A DNA stretch of 64,000 bases from Phoronis australis (GCA_002633005.1 NMRA01000001.1:963755-1027754), one strand, 5' to 3'. Shown: positions 46,539-60,596, counted from the stretch's first letter. Numbers and translations are program-made. The notes: generated by a model from the letters alone, not told the origin.

Positions 46539-49500
46539 TAGTTGGAGAGCCAGCACGAGTTTATTCACACTTTTGAGTGCAAAAGGTTTGAGTGCCTAAT
46601 TCTATTGCAAATCACTTACCACTGGAAAGGGACGTCTTTAGTTGCGCAATCCTGGGCTTTGGTCCCTGTGGGGTTCAAAAGAGGGCCCAAAAATCCATTT
46701 AATTAAAATTTCGAGTGCAACATTCGTTTCACGTTTATTTCATTCTAATCACCGCCCAAATTAAAATGATACAACTTAAGACGCGAAAATGCCTGGGGTT
46801 ATTAATTAAGACGCCTACTAATTAACGGCCAATTAACCATTTATTTAAACTTTTAAGTGCAACAAAATTCTTTTACAAAAGATAGTTTAGTAACTCTAGA
46901 CACCATATCCACAACTTAAGCGACTTTTCCTGGGGTTTGCAGATAAGACGGGGGGGGGGGGGGTATTTTAACCCCAGGGGATAAGAGGACCCCAAAATGA
47001 ACTTGCATAAAAGAGGAAATGCCAAAATTTTGAATACCACTAGGATAAAACATTATTTCAAATGAAAAAAAAAATACCAGTTATGACATGCAAAACCTTT
47101 GTGTTTTTAATTAAGACACTTATTAATTAATGTCTAATTAATGATTTATTAAAACTTTTTAAGTGCAACAAAAATTCTTTTTCCAAAAGATAACTTAATA
47201 ACTCTGGACACCATATCCACAACTTAAGAGGCAACTTTTCTTGGGGTTTGCAGATGAGACGGTGGTGTTTGGACCCCGAGGGAAAAGAAGACCTAAAATG
47301 AACTTGTATGTAAGAGGAAATACAATTTTGTTTACTACTATCGACAAAATGCAACTTAAGACATGAAACATTCGGGAGTTATTAATAACAAATCTTACTA
47401 ATGAACTACCAATTAATGACTTACTCTCAAATACAATGAAAATGTACAAAAACGGGATTTAAGGCACACCTGGGGTCACTAACTAAGCTGGCTTCAAATT
47501 AAAGGTGAACTACTTGAATCACATCTTGTGGCAGTGCACGGGATTGTGATGCATGACACAGTCTATTGGTTCATTTGATTAAACCGAAATCCAAAAGGTA
47601 ATTCACTCTGTTGCAATGTAACTGTAACCATCTAATTCGTGATCGTCACTTTCTTTGCCAGATGATTCCATTTTTGTTGGTAGTAGATCATGGTCTTTGT
47701 CCACATCACTTCATACCATCATGTCTGAGCATCGCTACCATTGTCATCGAGCTCTGTTTCGACTTGAACCTGTGGATGATCGCAGGATGCATTTGTTCTC
47801 CACTGAACTAAATGATGCGAAAGTCGCCGTCAACATTTTCCTATCCATTGGTGGGCGTTTTGTCCAAGATTTGGAGATGAGCGCTGCCCCAAATGCATTT
47901 CTATTCACGTGAAGTGCCATTTCCGCTTCACAAGGTGGAATACTGCTGCCCTCGATGCTTCTAGGCTTCTCAAATGGGTGCTTAGCATTTCACTTTCTTG
48001 TGTAGGTTTTGTCAACCACGTTGAACTGGTGCTTGTTGAGTGAGACAAGCTTCCGTGCTCCGTACAACGCACAGACAAAATCTTGTAAGATTTTGATGAC
48101 TTCTGTCGGGATGTTGTGGGTCAGTGAAGCAAAAGCTCTCTAGAACTTGTTACTTTTTGCCACGATTGCATATGGTCTGTTCTTTCCTTTCCTCAAAAAT
48201 GCAGAGGTATAGTCACAACCAGTGAACGCGAGTAGGCCGGGGTGTGCACCACACATAGCTCGGCCTATCGCAGTACCAATCTTAGTTACGTTTACATAAC
48301 AAAGATCGCCTTGTCCTCTAGTCCCAACCTCAATCCACACCGTAGATGTAACTCAATGGACATGGTGTAGGGACAACACTAGAATGTCCATGTCAGAAAC
48401 CCTTGTGGTGATGTCGCCAGGTGTGGACTTGTCTGCCTCAATCATATGAATGACATTGGTGTGAGCTTCCAAGTGATTACAGCTTAGAGGTGGAACTGAT
48501 TGTGTGCATACTTCTCCATCTTCAACGAAGTACCGAGTGCACTCTCCCATCACTACCAGATACACTTGTCTTCCATCTAGAAGTGGATTGTAGAAGTTGC
48601 TCGACCAGTCCTTGGTGAGAAAGACGGGTAGCTCTCGTTTAAACGCTTCCTTCTCGAGTTGTTTTTGAAGCTCGAGTCTTCTGTTCAGGTCTTTCTGTAA
48701 CAAGTTCTCTTCCTACAACAATTTCTCTCCGTTCTTGCTCACTGTCCTTGGTGGATAGCCGTTCATATGTATCAAATTTGATGTCGACTCTTCGTGACGT
48801 ATACGCCAAGTTGTAACAGCTCCACATGCGTTGCAGGCTGATTTGGCGACAGGCAGTGGAATTAGAGATTGCCGTCGACAATATGAATGCCTACACAAGA
48901 TCGGCTGCCATGGTCACTGACAGTGCTTTCCAGAAATTGGAACAATTTGCAATTTGCTTTTATCCGTGTGAGCCATCATCCCATCATTGTTACACAATGA
49001 CAGTGGCACCTGTGTCAGAGGAAATGAGAATACATGCTCAAGATCAATGTGACTTGTTGCTGCAGTGAAGGCAATGTGGCCAAGAAATGCACTAGTACAT
49101 CTTGGCTGTGCCTCCTTTGCGTTTTCGTTTGATTTTTGATTGGTCACACACTCACTTACGAAGGTGCGAAGAAGATTTTTGCGAATTGGTTTTTCGAAAC
49201 GCTCTACACTTTCGAGGCATTCTTGGACAAAGCTTTCATGTCTGTTTTTGCCGTCTTCTGGAATGATTAACACTGATGTACTGGTGGCATCTGTTACACC
49301 CTTTCCAGTGCTGATGTTTATGAGATGCAAGCTTGGATCACTGAGTGTGAAAGGATTGGTACTAGACTCGATCTGCTTGATGATCTTCTAGAACCTCTCA
49401 AAAGCTTCAAATAGCTCTTAGAATAGTGTTGAGCTACATGTACCATCAACATATTCCCTCTTTTCTAGGGACACATTCTGCAATTCCAGAAGAACCAACC

Positions 49501-50996
49501 TTGCGTTATCATATTCCTTCATGAACCGTCGTAAAAGTAATGTTTTCAACGTAAGGGCAAGCATTGGGAGCAGTCGCTTACACCCACTGTAGTTTAAGCA
49601 TTCTATGAAGCCTCTCAGAGATCCCGGTGCTAATACACCCGAGTCTGTTAACATCGCTGGTCCACCCGATTCTGGGATAAACTTTCCAATGGCTCTAAAG
49701 TAACACATAAGAATGTGGAATGCCCCAAACATTATTAAGACCTTGTTGAACTCTGGCTGACCGGTGGCTTGGATTCAATGTGCAGTCTTTGTAACATCAA
49801 GATCATATGTAACCAGACCATGCATCTGGCAACATTCCTGTGCACACGTCGGCAGAGCTGTGCGCATGTGTCCACAATAACGTCATTTTTGTAATGGGTT
49901 GGCTCAGTTTCGGCATATAATGAACAACTTGTTTCGGCAACGTACATGTATCTTGGTGAAAACGCCCGTTAACTTCAACCAACATTGGCGTAGTTTCTGA
50001 ATTGAGGTTGTGGCGTACGAAGAACAGTGTTTCCAGTTTCCGTGCGCGACCAGAAATTTCAGAAAGCTTGCTAAACTCGGTATCAGGCTATTGAAACTGG
50101 TTCATCCGTGGCTTCTTGCGATTAATTATTGGTTCTTAATTAAAACCCCCAGAATTTTTCATGTCTTAAGTTGCGAATGAGTTTGTTGTTCCTTTGGATT
50201 AAAATTTCATTTATAGCACCAATCAAGCTGTTTGCACTTCCCTTTTTTGCAAGTTCAGTATTGTCCCTCGGGGTCCAGCCACCCCTGTCGTATCTGAAAA
50301 CCCCAGGAATAATGCGTCTTAAGTTGTATATATGGTGTCCAGAGTTACTAAACTGTCTTTTGGAAAAAGAATTTTTTGTTGCACTTGAAAGTTTAAATAA
50401 ATCGTTAATTAATAAGTGTCTTAATTAACAACACATAACTGGTATTTTTTCATTTGAAATAATGTTTTGTCCATGGTGGTAATCAAAATTTTTGCATTTC
50501 CTCATTTATACAGGTTCATTTTCGGGTCCTCTTATCTCCTGGGGTCAAAACACCTCACGTCTTTTCTGCAAACCCCAGGAAAAATCGCCGTCTTAAGTTG
50601 TGGACATGGTGTTTGGAGTAACTAAACTATCTGTTGGAAAAAGAAAAAAAAATGTTGCACATAAAAGTTTAAATAAATCGTTCATTTGTCGTTAATTAGT
50701 TTGCGTCTTAATTAATAACCCCAGGCATTTTCGCGTCTTTTAACACGCGAAACAAATTAAAATGATGCAAATAAAAGTTGCATCATTTTAATTTGGGTGG
50801 TGATTAGAATGAAATAAACGTGAAATGGATGTTGCACTCGAAATTTTAATTGAATGGACCCCACAGGGACCAAAGCCCAGGATTGCGCAACTTAAGACGC
50901 CCCTTTCTTTCAAAGGTTGGTGATTTACAATAGAATTGCGCACTCAAACCTTTTGCACTCAAAAGTGTGAATAAATTCCTGCTGGCTCTCCAGCTA
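46539..50996 (-). mobile_element. AcademX-like DNA transposon (XPG/FEN1-type nuclease remnant), 4458 bp, long TIRs, 3-bp TSD AGT
   Basis: Termini TAGTTGGAGAGCCAGCA / TGCTGGCTCTCCAGCTA; AGT at 46536-46538 and 50997-50999; imperfect TIRs of several hundred bp. Internal minus-strand fragments FGAFHILMCYFRAIGK, PLTQVPLSL, HLEAHT...DMDILVL, AFTGCDYTSAFLRKGK and PPC...LH..R, with stops and frameshifts. Confidence 0.88.
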
Positions 50997-51763
50997 AGTG
51001 TTTGGTCTTCTCCGGCGCATATCACCATTTCTTCTCACAGAATGGCGTCTGAAATATTTCAGCGCCTGTGTATTTCCTCTCTTCATTTATTGTAGTACTG
51101 TGTGGCCAGGATGCAATGCAAAATTGGTTTCCTGTCTATTGAAGGCTCAGAAGTAGGCGGCCAGACTTATTCTCGGTGTGCCTTTTGACACTCTTTCAAC
51201 TCATATGTTTAACAGACTGGGATGACTGTTGACAAATATTTTATATATAGGCGTTTGTGTATGGTGTATACGTGTTTTAACAATACCAGCTTATTTATCT
51301 CGTAACTCATTACTCGTTCGCAACATCCAACAAATTAAGATCAGATTTTCTTCCTCAAACAATTTTGTTGTAACCAGACACAGAACTTCGTTATACTCTA
51401 AGTCCTTTTCTATTCAAGCCATTCGACAATGGAACGATTTACCAAATAGCCTGAAAGGGGCTGATGGTTAGGAGGGTTTCAGCCACAAACGCATCAATTA
51501 CCTGTGAATGCAGTCGTCATAGCTGTCCCTCCTTTCGTTTTCAGTCATTTGCCCTCCCTAAAATTCATTGTACATACCATATAAAAGTTTTTATTTGATT
51601 TTAATTCAATTTGTAAATTTAATTTGTAAATATCCATTTAATTTAATCTAACTTAAATTATTTAATTTATTGCTGTGAGAGGACTATGCTGTATATAAGC
51701 CTTTGGATAAAGCATGTTTTTAAATCTATTGTATTTTATCCTTTATAAATAAAGTTTATTATT
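50997..51763 (+). mobile_element. CR1/L2-type LINE, right part (ORF2 C-terminus and AT-rich 3' end)
   Basis: GLLRRISPFL....YFSACVFPLFIYCSTVW, then KSFSIQAIRQWNDLPNSLK; ends near aataaagtttattatt. Confidence 0.75.
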
Positions 51764-52876
51764 GTAAGTCGGTCTCTGGATGAGACAACAGAGGTCAATC
51801 TAAGCAGTTCATGTAAAACTGTGATCAGGAATAAGTGAATAATGATTAAAACGTTGTATTCGGACGATGTTCATAGTTCCGTTTGGGTGAACTGTGCTGA
51901 GAAACGCCTATGTTCTCAGCTTGAAGCTGCGAGTTGCCTGCATGTATTTGTTGCAACTACGACAACTGGGATAAAGCAACGTCTCGTATTATTCATATCT
52001 TTTTATTACGTAACCAAAACTATGCATACGCCCGCATCCAAGTATGGTGGCACTCAACAGTTTTTGCTCGTTTGTGGTCTTAGTGAAAAATCAGGTGCAG
52101 CCAGCTTCGTCTCTCAATTCCGCATGGTGTACAAACCTGAAAATATGAACAATATACTTGGCCAATGACTTCAAAACCGTACATTAAGTCCAATAAAACA
52201 GATTTTAAGATGAATTTTCGATATTCTACGACTTCCGTAAATGCTGTCGACTATTCACACGTAAAACAACAAGCAGACAATACCAAATCAGCAGTTTTCA
52301 CTTCCTAAAGCCACAATTCGCATGCGATTACTGTGAACTGAGAAACAGCTTATACAAACTGCCAAAACCCTCTACACTATAGAAAGAAAATGACAGGTGA
52401 GTGCCGACCATACAGACTTTTTGCAAATCCAAAATATCCGAAACGTAACTGGATTTCCTGCTAACTTCTGTTTGCTGCTGGTAAACTTAAAAAAGGCAAG
52501 GTTGGTCAGGTGTCAACAACTACCATTCTTTAAATCAGAACAGACTCAAGTCATGTCATTCGTGGCCTTCAAATGCAGCACAAAACTCAAAATGCCTAGC
52601 CGTCACAAATTTTGATTGAAAATAAGGGTGGATTCAACCGTTGATCAAAAAACTATTGAGTGCCTAGTCTATCCATCATGCCTTGTTCAGTCGAACGCAC
52701 GGGGGTGGAACGTGTGACGTCATCGTACTGGGATAGTGCGCCATCTTGATTCTAAACCTTGACACTTCTCTGTAGCAAATCACAGTGAGACGAAAGTTGT
52801 GACTGGACACACTTGATTTAGGCCAGAACAGAAGCACGAACTTTAAAATTAGCGTGTAATTAAATAACGACATATC

Positions 52877-52920
52877 TATCCAACGTTTCGGTTTATTACT
52901 CTAAACCTTTGTCAAGGAAA
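52877..52920 (-). ncRNA. Minimal type I hammerhead-ribozyme-like motif (U3-A8 variant)
   Basis: Minus strand reads TTTCC-TTGACAA-A-GGTTTA-GAGTAA-TAAACC-GAAA-CG-TT-GGATA: core, 6-bp stem II, palindromic mini stem III, short stem I. Confidence 0.55.
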
Positions 52921-52937
52921 CAGTTCACAGACTCAAA

Positions 52938-53034
52938 ACATTTGGCAGTTCGGGGTGCAAATGTCTGACTGGCAAAATACTTGCCAATACTCTGCCATGC
53001 CCCCCCCAAACTCAAAATCCTGGATCCGCCCCTG
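52938..53034 (-). mobile_element. Truncated MITE family A copy
   Basis: catttggcagttcgggg...aactcaaaatcctggatccgcccctg. Confidence 0.8.
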
Positions 53035-53804
53035 CTGGCGGTGTATTTATACCCAATATCTTATCAAAACATTGTTTGGTAGATACATTAGTCCATCAAT
53101 TAAAAGGTAAATCGGTTGAGCAGTCCCATTACAGGGTCATCTCTTATTCGTCCTCGGCGTTCACAAACCTACTCTAGAAGCAGAGCCAGCTTGGGACACA
53201 ACTTACTTCGTCTGGAATAATGCGGTATATCATGTGTAGAGATCAAGTCATTGTTCAAGAGTTTGTTTATGGACGCAGTGGACATTTACCACTATCGCTT
53301 GCCTTCAGAGTAGACTCCTGTGTGTATGTTATTCAATTGCGACAGAAGTTAGTATTCGCATCCAAAGCGACTAATTGTTTTCCCTGGATACGTAATGCTC
53401 ATCGATACTCGTGGAGGTAAGCTTACCACAATTAGCGGCGAAATTGGCTATATGGAGATCTGTAAATGAACCGTTTTTGTTTAGAATAGAACCACGTGTA
53501 GGATGGTCTAATCAAACCCCTGGAGAACGTAATTATATCTAATCAGTATGTCACGCGTGTTAGACAATTACTATCTGTGTCAAAGACACATGCACCCACG
53601 GATTACGCGAATGAAAAAGATAATGACTAAGCATAGCACACGTGCTGCATCAACAAGGTGAGAATGACAAACACAAACGCGCGTGCAACATCATGGGGTC
53701 CTAACGGGGGGGGGGGGGNCGATATAAATATCTTGCCTAAAGCTGGGTAGTTTAGTTAAAAATCACGTCATATCAAATATCAGAAGACTTGAATTTATCA
53801 TTTA

Positions 53805-54047
53805 TCATCCTCATCCTCATCATCATCCTCATCCTCCTCATCATCATCCTCATCATCATCCTCATCATCATCCTCATCATCCTCATCATCCTCATCACCA
53901 TCATCATAATCATCATCATTATCATCATCATCATCATCATCATTATCATCATCATCATCATCACCATCATCATCATCCTCATCATCATCATCCTCATCCT
54001 CATCATCATCACCATCACCATCACCATCATCATCATCATCATCGTCA
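53805..54047. repeat. (ATC)n/(CTC)n trinucleotide microsatellite
   Basis: Directly visible; explains the poly-Ile and poly-Met ORFs. Confidence 0.95.
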
Positions 54048-57000
54048 TATTAAAATCGTCACTATGCGGAGCAACTATCACTATTGAGATCCACAGGCAG
54101 CCCTGGAGGTGTCGCTTGTGAATAAATGCCATTTTCCATGCTGTGTAGTGCTCACCTACTCTCTACACCTCTCGTCCCGCTTCGGATGTCCCCGTTTCTT
54201 TCCGTCTCCGCCTGTCGCCGAAAATACATACAGTTATGGGTCGTTTTGAAACAAAAAATGGCTTCCCGAAGCTGATTCAAATTACCTGAAAGGATGCGTT
54301 CCCATCCGTTGCACCCTAGAGTTTAGTAACCCTGACGCAAGTTCTGGCAGGAGAGGAATAACGTCGTAAATACTGACGTCGCCGCAAAATTGATGATTTT
54401 CTGTAATTTACGTATGCAAATCAAGCGGAAGTGAGTTTCCGCCGAAACGGTACAGGAGTACAGCAGTACTTTGCGCATTCTATTTTCAGGACTGTTCCTG
54501 CTTCAATAAAAAATTAAGCATTTCACTGGACTTCTTTCACACATTCCTAATATTAAACTTTGTTTAGTAAGGTCAAATAGCTTATTATTTCAAATGTCAT
54601 CTTTTTAAATGACGTAGGTACAAAATCAATTTGGGCATAAAAAGTGGGGCCCCTATCCTAATATAATTATGGACCGTCTCACCCTGCGGTGGCTCCTACC
54701 ATATTAATGTAGGAGGTCCCACTATACAGTGGATTTCGGGAGATATGGGCCCTCTATATTGATATATTATTGCCTACACCGCATAACTCACTGAAGTTTA
54801 TTGAAGTAAGTTTATTCCGAGAAATGTGAGATCGCGAATTAGTCTTTGAGAGATATCGCCATGAATTGCAAGAAAAGCGCACGTGAGTCCGTGCGTTGTG
54901 GATTTTTTATCTGTCTACAAATTGTTGTTGTCCCCCGCCAGCCCGCACATCCGGCGTCATTGTTGTCGTTACTTGTCATTTCCATAATTTCCACCGATTA
55001 CCTTAACATAACCCACGACAGTAGTTACAGAACTTGCTATATACATGTATTATAATTACGACACATCAAAAGAATTAATAGTCAATTCAACGTGCGTTGT
55101 ATTACTGTAAACATGTAGAAAATTAGCAAATTAAGGTTTGGGGTTGGATTAATTTCCACAAATGTAATTAAAATATCGGAATGTGCCAGAGCGAGTGATA
55201 TCATTGTTTAAATTAGATTTAGCGACATGCTAATAATCTCTTCTCATTATAGTTGAAGAGCTAAAGACGTGATTCAATAAAGGCAGACGAACAGGCTAGA
55301 AACCATGGGATAATATGATTGTCATGTAGAGCGCAGACGGCTGGCAGGTTATTAGACACTTTTTGTTTTTCTGAAATCATTGACCGTTTTCTGATGAGTC
55401 ATTAATGGAAATTTGGTGCCTAGAAGCGAGCGGCATGCCACGCCAACAGGATTCGGCTGGTGCAGAATCCGTTCGGATTTTCAGTGAAGGATGGTCAGCA
55501 AACAGCCTCTGTAAATTTCGGTTCTCTAACAAGTAAGCGTCTTGCTCCACAGGATCTGAACTGCATTGCTCTACTTAGTTCTAGGGATAAGATTTTGTGA
55601 AAAGGTTTGAAGAAGCATTTCGTCTATAGATACATAAACTCGCGTTTGTCATACAAACAAACTTTTGATTTAGACTGCTTGCCAATTTAAAGAGGTCTGG
55701 AACGCGATAAATTGACTAAATTGCAATATTGAAAGTGGTTCTCTGCCACTGAAACAGAATTCAACATGGTCATTTTTAGGGTTCGCTCGTAAAGATTTTT
55801 AATTTCTGTTGATATCAAAGCATTTTCTTTTAGTTTCAATTTAAAAAAACCTCCCAACTGCTCTCCACTTAGTCGATTTTTCTCCTGTAATGCAAATTTC
55901 AAAAATCGTGAATTTTGTGATTTTTTTCTGGAAATTTTCTCACAGGGGAAAGTGAATTACTTGTACTAGACGTTGCGAGATGGTACTTTCGTCAGGAATT
56001 ATTTGAACGATATTTTTGACGAGCTTTCGCGTTCCATACCTTTTGGTCATGACTTGAGCTTCGAATAAATGATAGTTAATTGTTGCTTCCGACTATGTTC
56101 GACTCATAAAAGTACACGCCCTGAAAAGCCAACTTTTAGAGCTTGGTATCAAGAAATCGCCTCCATTTTGACAAAAGTCAATTTGAAACCAATTCCATGA
56201 CTATTAATAATCCAATCAAAAGTTAGTCATGGCGAAAGGCGGATTAATATAGCCTCCTTATTAATATCACATGCAACGATTGCGTTTTAAGTGCATTTAG
56301 GAACGTTCAATAGACGTAGGCTATACTGAATACAACAACCAACCAATGGTATATCGAAAGTTACCCGTTATTTATCGGAAGACATAGAGAACAACACAAG
56401 CTTTATAGTGGGTTAGATAAATACAGAAAACGCTGGTTAAACTGAAAATTGAATATTGTCGAAATTTCATGTACAAAAAAGTGTGTGTACACTCGGCATC
56501 TGCAAAAACAAAAGTACATTTTCATTTTTTTCTCAAAAATAAGCACATGTAAGCTATGCAAGAGACTTTTTAGTCTCGGAAACAAAACACTTATTATGAG
56601 CCCATGTTGGTTAATACCCAATAAAATGCATGAACTTTCATTGCGTTTTTTGTTTTAGGCATGGTTCAAAGATTGCACGGGTTAGGACTGGTTGATTTTG
56701 CGATGGACTTTTTCATACTGATTTGTGTTCTTGACGTCACTGCGCACGATAGGCCGTATTTCCATTGTGCAGTCACGTGTCCGTACTTGGACGTGAGTGT
56801 ACTTTTTGAACTCGTAGGTCTACTATGCATTTGGTGCAAAAACTAACCAAATAAACATTTATTCAACAGCAGGCCACGCAATAACTACACCGCGCAATCG
56901 ATAATACCAGTTATGAGTGAAAATGTTTGGTTTTTTGATTTAGTTTCCCACACTGCTATATTTTGACTTCCAGGTGTATAAACAATCAGTGGGCAAAGGT

Positions 57001-60000
57001 AACAGGTAAAAGGCAAAAGACAAAAAATCAAGCCTGAAGAGGTGTATCGCTTCAATATTTATATTAGGTCAATATCACGGGCCCCGGTGCACGCAATAAT
57101 TCCTCTTAAACTCTTAAGGTCCGGGGTTAATGCTGAGCTTTATCGAGGGGTTAAAGAGCTAAGTCGAATTTTATTTTAAAATTCTTCGTTAAAAGTTCAT
57201 TGCTATCAAGGAAGTGTACGAAAGTTGTGCCACGCAGATCCGAGGTTTTCTCCCGTGGTGTTTTCTTAATTGTTTCTGTTGCGAATCAAAATATTCTGCA
57301 ACTGAATTCATTATCGCTTTGTATTGATGAACGGGAACAACTGATTTGATTTTCATCTCATTTGTAGAACATTTGACAACAAGAGATGTAATGTCACCTC
57401 CCGTATTCAAGTGGTATGTGCTGGATATACAGGCGGCAACTATTATTACTCTTCTTAGAACAGCAATCAGCGCCGCCATGATTGCGTGTCCACCCTCGAG
57501 CACACGTGCGCGGGAATGGAGCTAATGGGGAGCGTAGGTAATTGGATTTATAAATAATGACGTAAATAAGGTAAATAAATTCAAATCATGACATCTTTTG
57601 CAAAGTAACTGAAGTGTCCTGTCAGAAAAATGATTTGAAATGTTTGGGAATTAGGTCGGGTAGATTTGTTTTTGATCTCTTTTTCGGATTCAAATTGTGA
57701 TGAATGTATCCCTGGGCCATATTCGAGTGACATCCGCATTCTACGGTGATTTCCCCCGGAGAAGAGCGCGTCGCCTACACCTCGATCGTGTTCAGCTACA
57801 GGTGATGCATAATTGTAGTTGCTCACCTGTTCGTTAAGAATAAAACGTTAGTCTTATACACGTTTATGTTTTAGGTGCGCAAAAAATCGATAGTGTTTAT
57901 TTGCCTAAGTTCGCACTCGAATAACACGACGAATTTTAAGCGGATCGCGCTTGAACTCCTAGACTCGCTTATTGAGACGAGTGGATCTCGGAACTTGAAA
58001 TTGATCTCAACGAGAACCTGACCAATTCCTGTGAAAACAAGATTCTTTTAAAGAATTTGTATGAAATGAAGAAACGTTTTTGCACATGAACACCGTCGGA
58101 GCAGAGATACAGGACATCTCGCAACATTTTAGAAATATTGCAAGTGCAACTAAGAGATCGCATAAGTTGGCAATCTTAAAACCGATAGCGATTATCCCTT
58201 CGACGTAGCCAGCAGTAATATTTCTGGGCATAATTGAACAAATCAAATCAAATCAAAATCCCGACTTGTTGCTGTACGATGTCGCAAGTAATGAGAGCGT
58301 TGTTTAATCAATAAAGTTCATCTGACAGGCTATTAGTAGAAGGAATCAAATAAGGTAAGTGATTTCGTGAGGGGCCATGTTAAACATTTTTTTCTGGGAT
58401 TTCTTGCTAAACCTCTTTCTTTGACTTGTTCATTATTTTCAAAGCGGAGGTAGAAAATAGTAGTTTAGACACACGTTTCAATTTTCAAGCAGATCAATTA
58501 GAAATTCATGCGTTACAAAAGCAATCGTTTCATCACTCCTTTTTGTACATTTAGAGAAAAATTGGTATTGTATTTCAGACATTCTCGTTTCATCAAAAAG
58601 TTTTAATAAAGACTTTCTCTTGTTATTTACAACCCAAACATGAGAAGCATGTTTAAATCTGACAAGTCTCAAAATTTTGCTTGATATGAGAGCAGTAGTT
58701 GACCCCGTCAAAGGCGACGGTAATTAAACTCTGCTTGCTTGATGATGGCCTGAAGAGTCTCTCAGAAAATCATTTGTATCCATTTATGGAAACTTGAGAC
58801 ATATTTCATGTAGTTGAGTATGTAAGTTCATAGTCTGTGTTTCAAGCGATGTGAAAGATGTAAGTGGTCTTTTGAGGACAAGTTACATTCGTATCGTTGA
58901 TCTGGGCCCGAAGTCATCGCTGTATACTCAAAACTCGACTGGAAATTACCAAGTGCATAACACGCTTCGAGTAAACCTACATTAAGTTTTTAAATCCAAT
59001 CCTACAGAACGATTGTGCAAGTTTCAAGTCTGAACCCGAGTTCGGAGATAAAGGCACGTGACCCCCAAGTCTCGTTATGGTTCACGAATACATGTAGTTA
59101 CTTCTTCACTCTGAAATTGTATTCTGCATACATGTAGGTAATATCTTGTTGAATCAGCTGTGAAAACGAAAGCTCTGCAGATTTTGAACTGGCACAAGTC
59201 AAATTGTTTTTGCAATAAACAATGTTTTGAGTGAAACAGTTTCTGAATCCCGAGACGACCATTTTAGTTTCAACGTGGCCGTTTCTGGTAGGGAAATAAC
59301 CCTCGTAGGTTACTAGCCTTAAAAATTACATATTATCTACCATTTGTCAACGGGCCATAAATTCTTTCGATGTACAGATTTGTTATAGATATTTACCATA
59401 ATCATTGTTTGTGCATTTTACAATTTTCTTGCGGGCAGTAATCCTGTGTTATTCTGATTAATTTGGACAATTCTTCAGTGCTTATTCCACTGTCTGTTGA
59501 CATAAAATGGCCAATGTCTTCTGATTGTGTATTACGTCATGACTCGACAATCAACCTCGGGGACTGAACAACTGAGACAGATAACACTTGAGATGAATTA
59601 ATATAGTCCATTGCTGTACGGGGATTGTTTACAATAGACACTGCGGACAGATGTAAAGTGCGTTCATGTCGCTGAATACACAATAGAACGGGCAATCCTT
59701 TCAGAGTTAAATTGGCTATTGACTTACCAGGAACAAAAAGATCCAGGTGGTTTTATTTGAGAATGCTTGATTTTAAAGCAGAGTAGGGTATAAACTGAAC
59801 AATTAATCGGCAGAAATAAATTGATTTTGCTGATAGTAGGAAATAATACGTAAAGTTAGCAACAAAAACAACCGAATAGAATAACGATAAAAACTAAACA
59901 TACAACGAAAAAAAACTTTTGTAACCTTAGCCAGAGTTGGGCACTATTCTTCGCAAACCAACATTTGGTAATAAATAAAACAAACTTAGATATGCTAAAC

Positions 60001-60596
60001 AGAACAACAGACCCTTGAATACAAGCTACTCTACACAGAGAACATTAAATTATAAAGTATATGAAGATAACGAATAAGTGAAATAAAAATCTAGCACACA
60101 GAAATAACAACAACTTAGTAACAATCAGAATATTGCATATGACGCAAATAAAAGGCTGTAAAAGGAAAACATACAGCACTAAGAATAGGTAAACTTAAAG
60201 AACAATTGAGATTGCACACCGTTTTAACTATATTGCACGTCTGGACGATTGAAAACAATGTTTCATTGCACACAAAAAATCAACCGATGAAGAAAATGCG
60301 CCTCAATTGTAAAACATATTTAGTAAAATTGCCTGCTGAGATACAAGCGATATGAATAGATCCCCATCTCCACCACTACGACTACTAGTGCATATAATCT
60401 TTAGACAGTATCGTGCACCTGTCATATCGTAATAAATACCTGAGCTTAGGTATTACTGAGCACGCGTAAGCATAAAACGTGGCGTGTGAAATTGCAATAA
60501 AGGGTTTCAAATATTACTAATAATACCGCCATGATCGCCTAGGTGATCATTCACACTCTGAGTGTTAAAACATAGAAAAATGAACTGGATAGACTT

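Noticed and set aside
53773-54132. Poly-Met and poly-Ile ORFs
   Set aside because: Translations of an (ATC)n microsatellite.
55391-55415. CTGATGA...GAAA hammerhead-like string
   Set aside because: Stem II is only ~2 bp and there are no flanking stems; probably chance.
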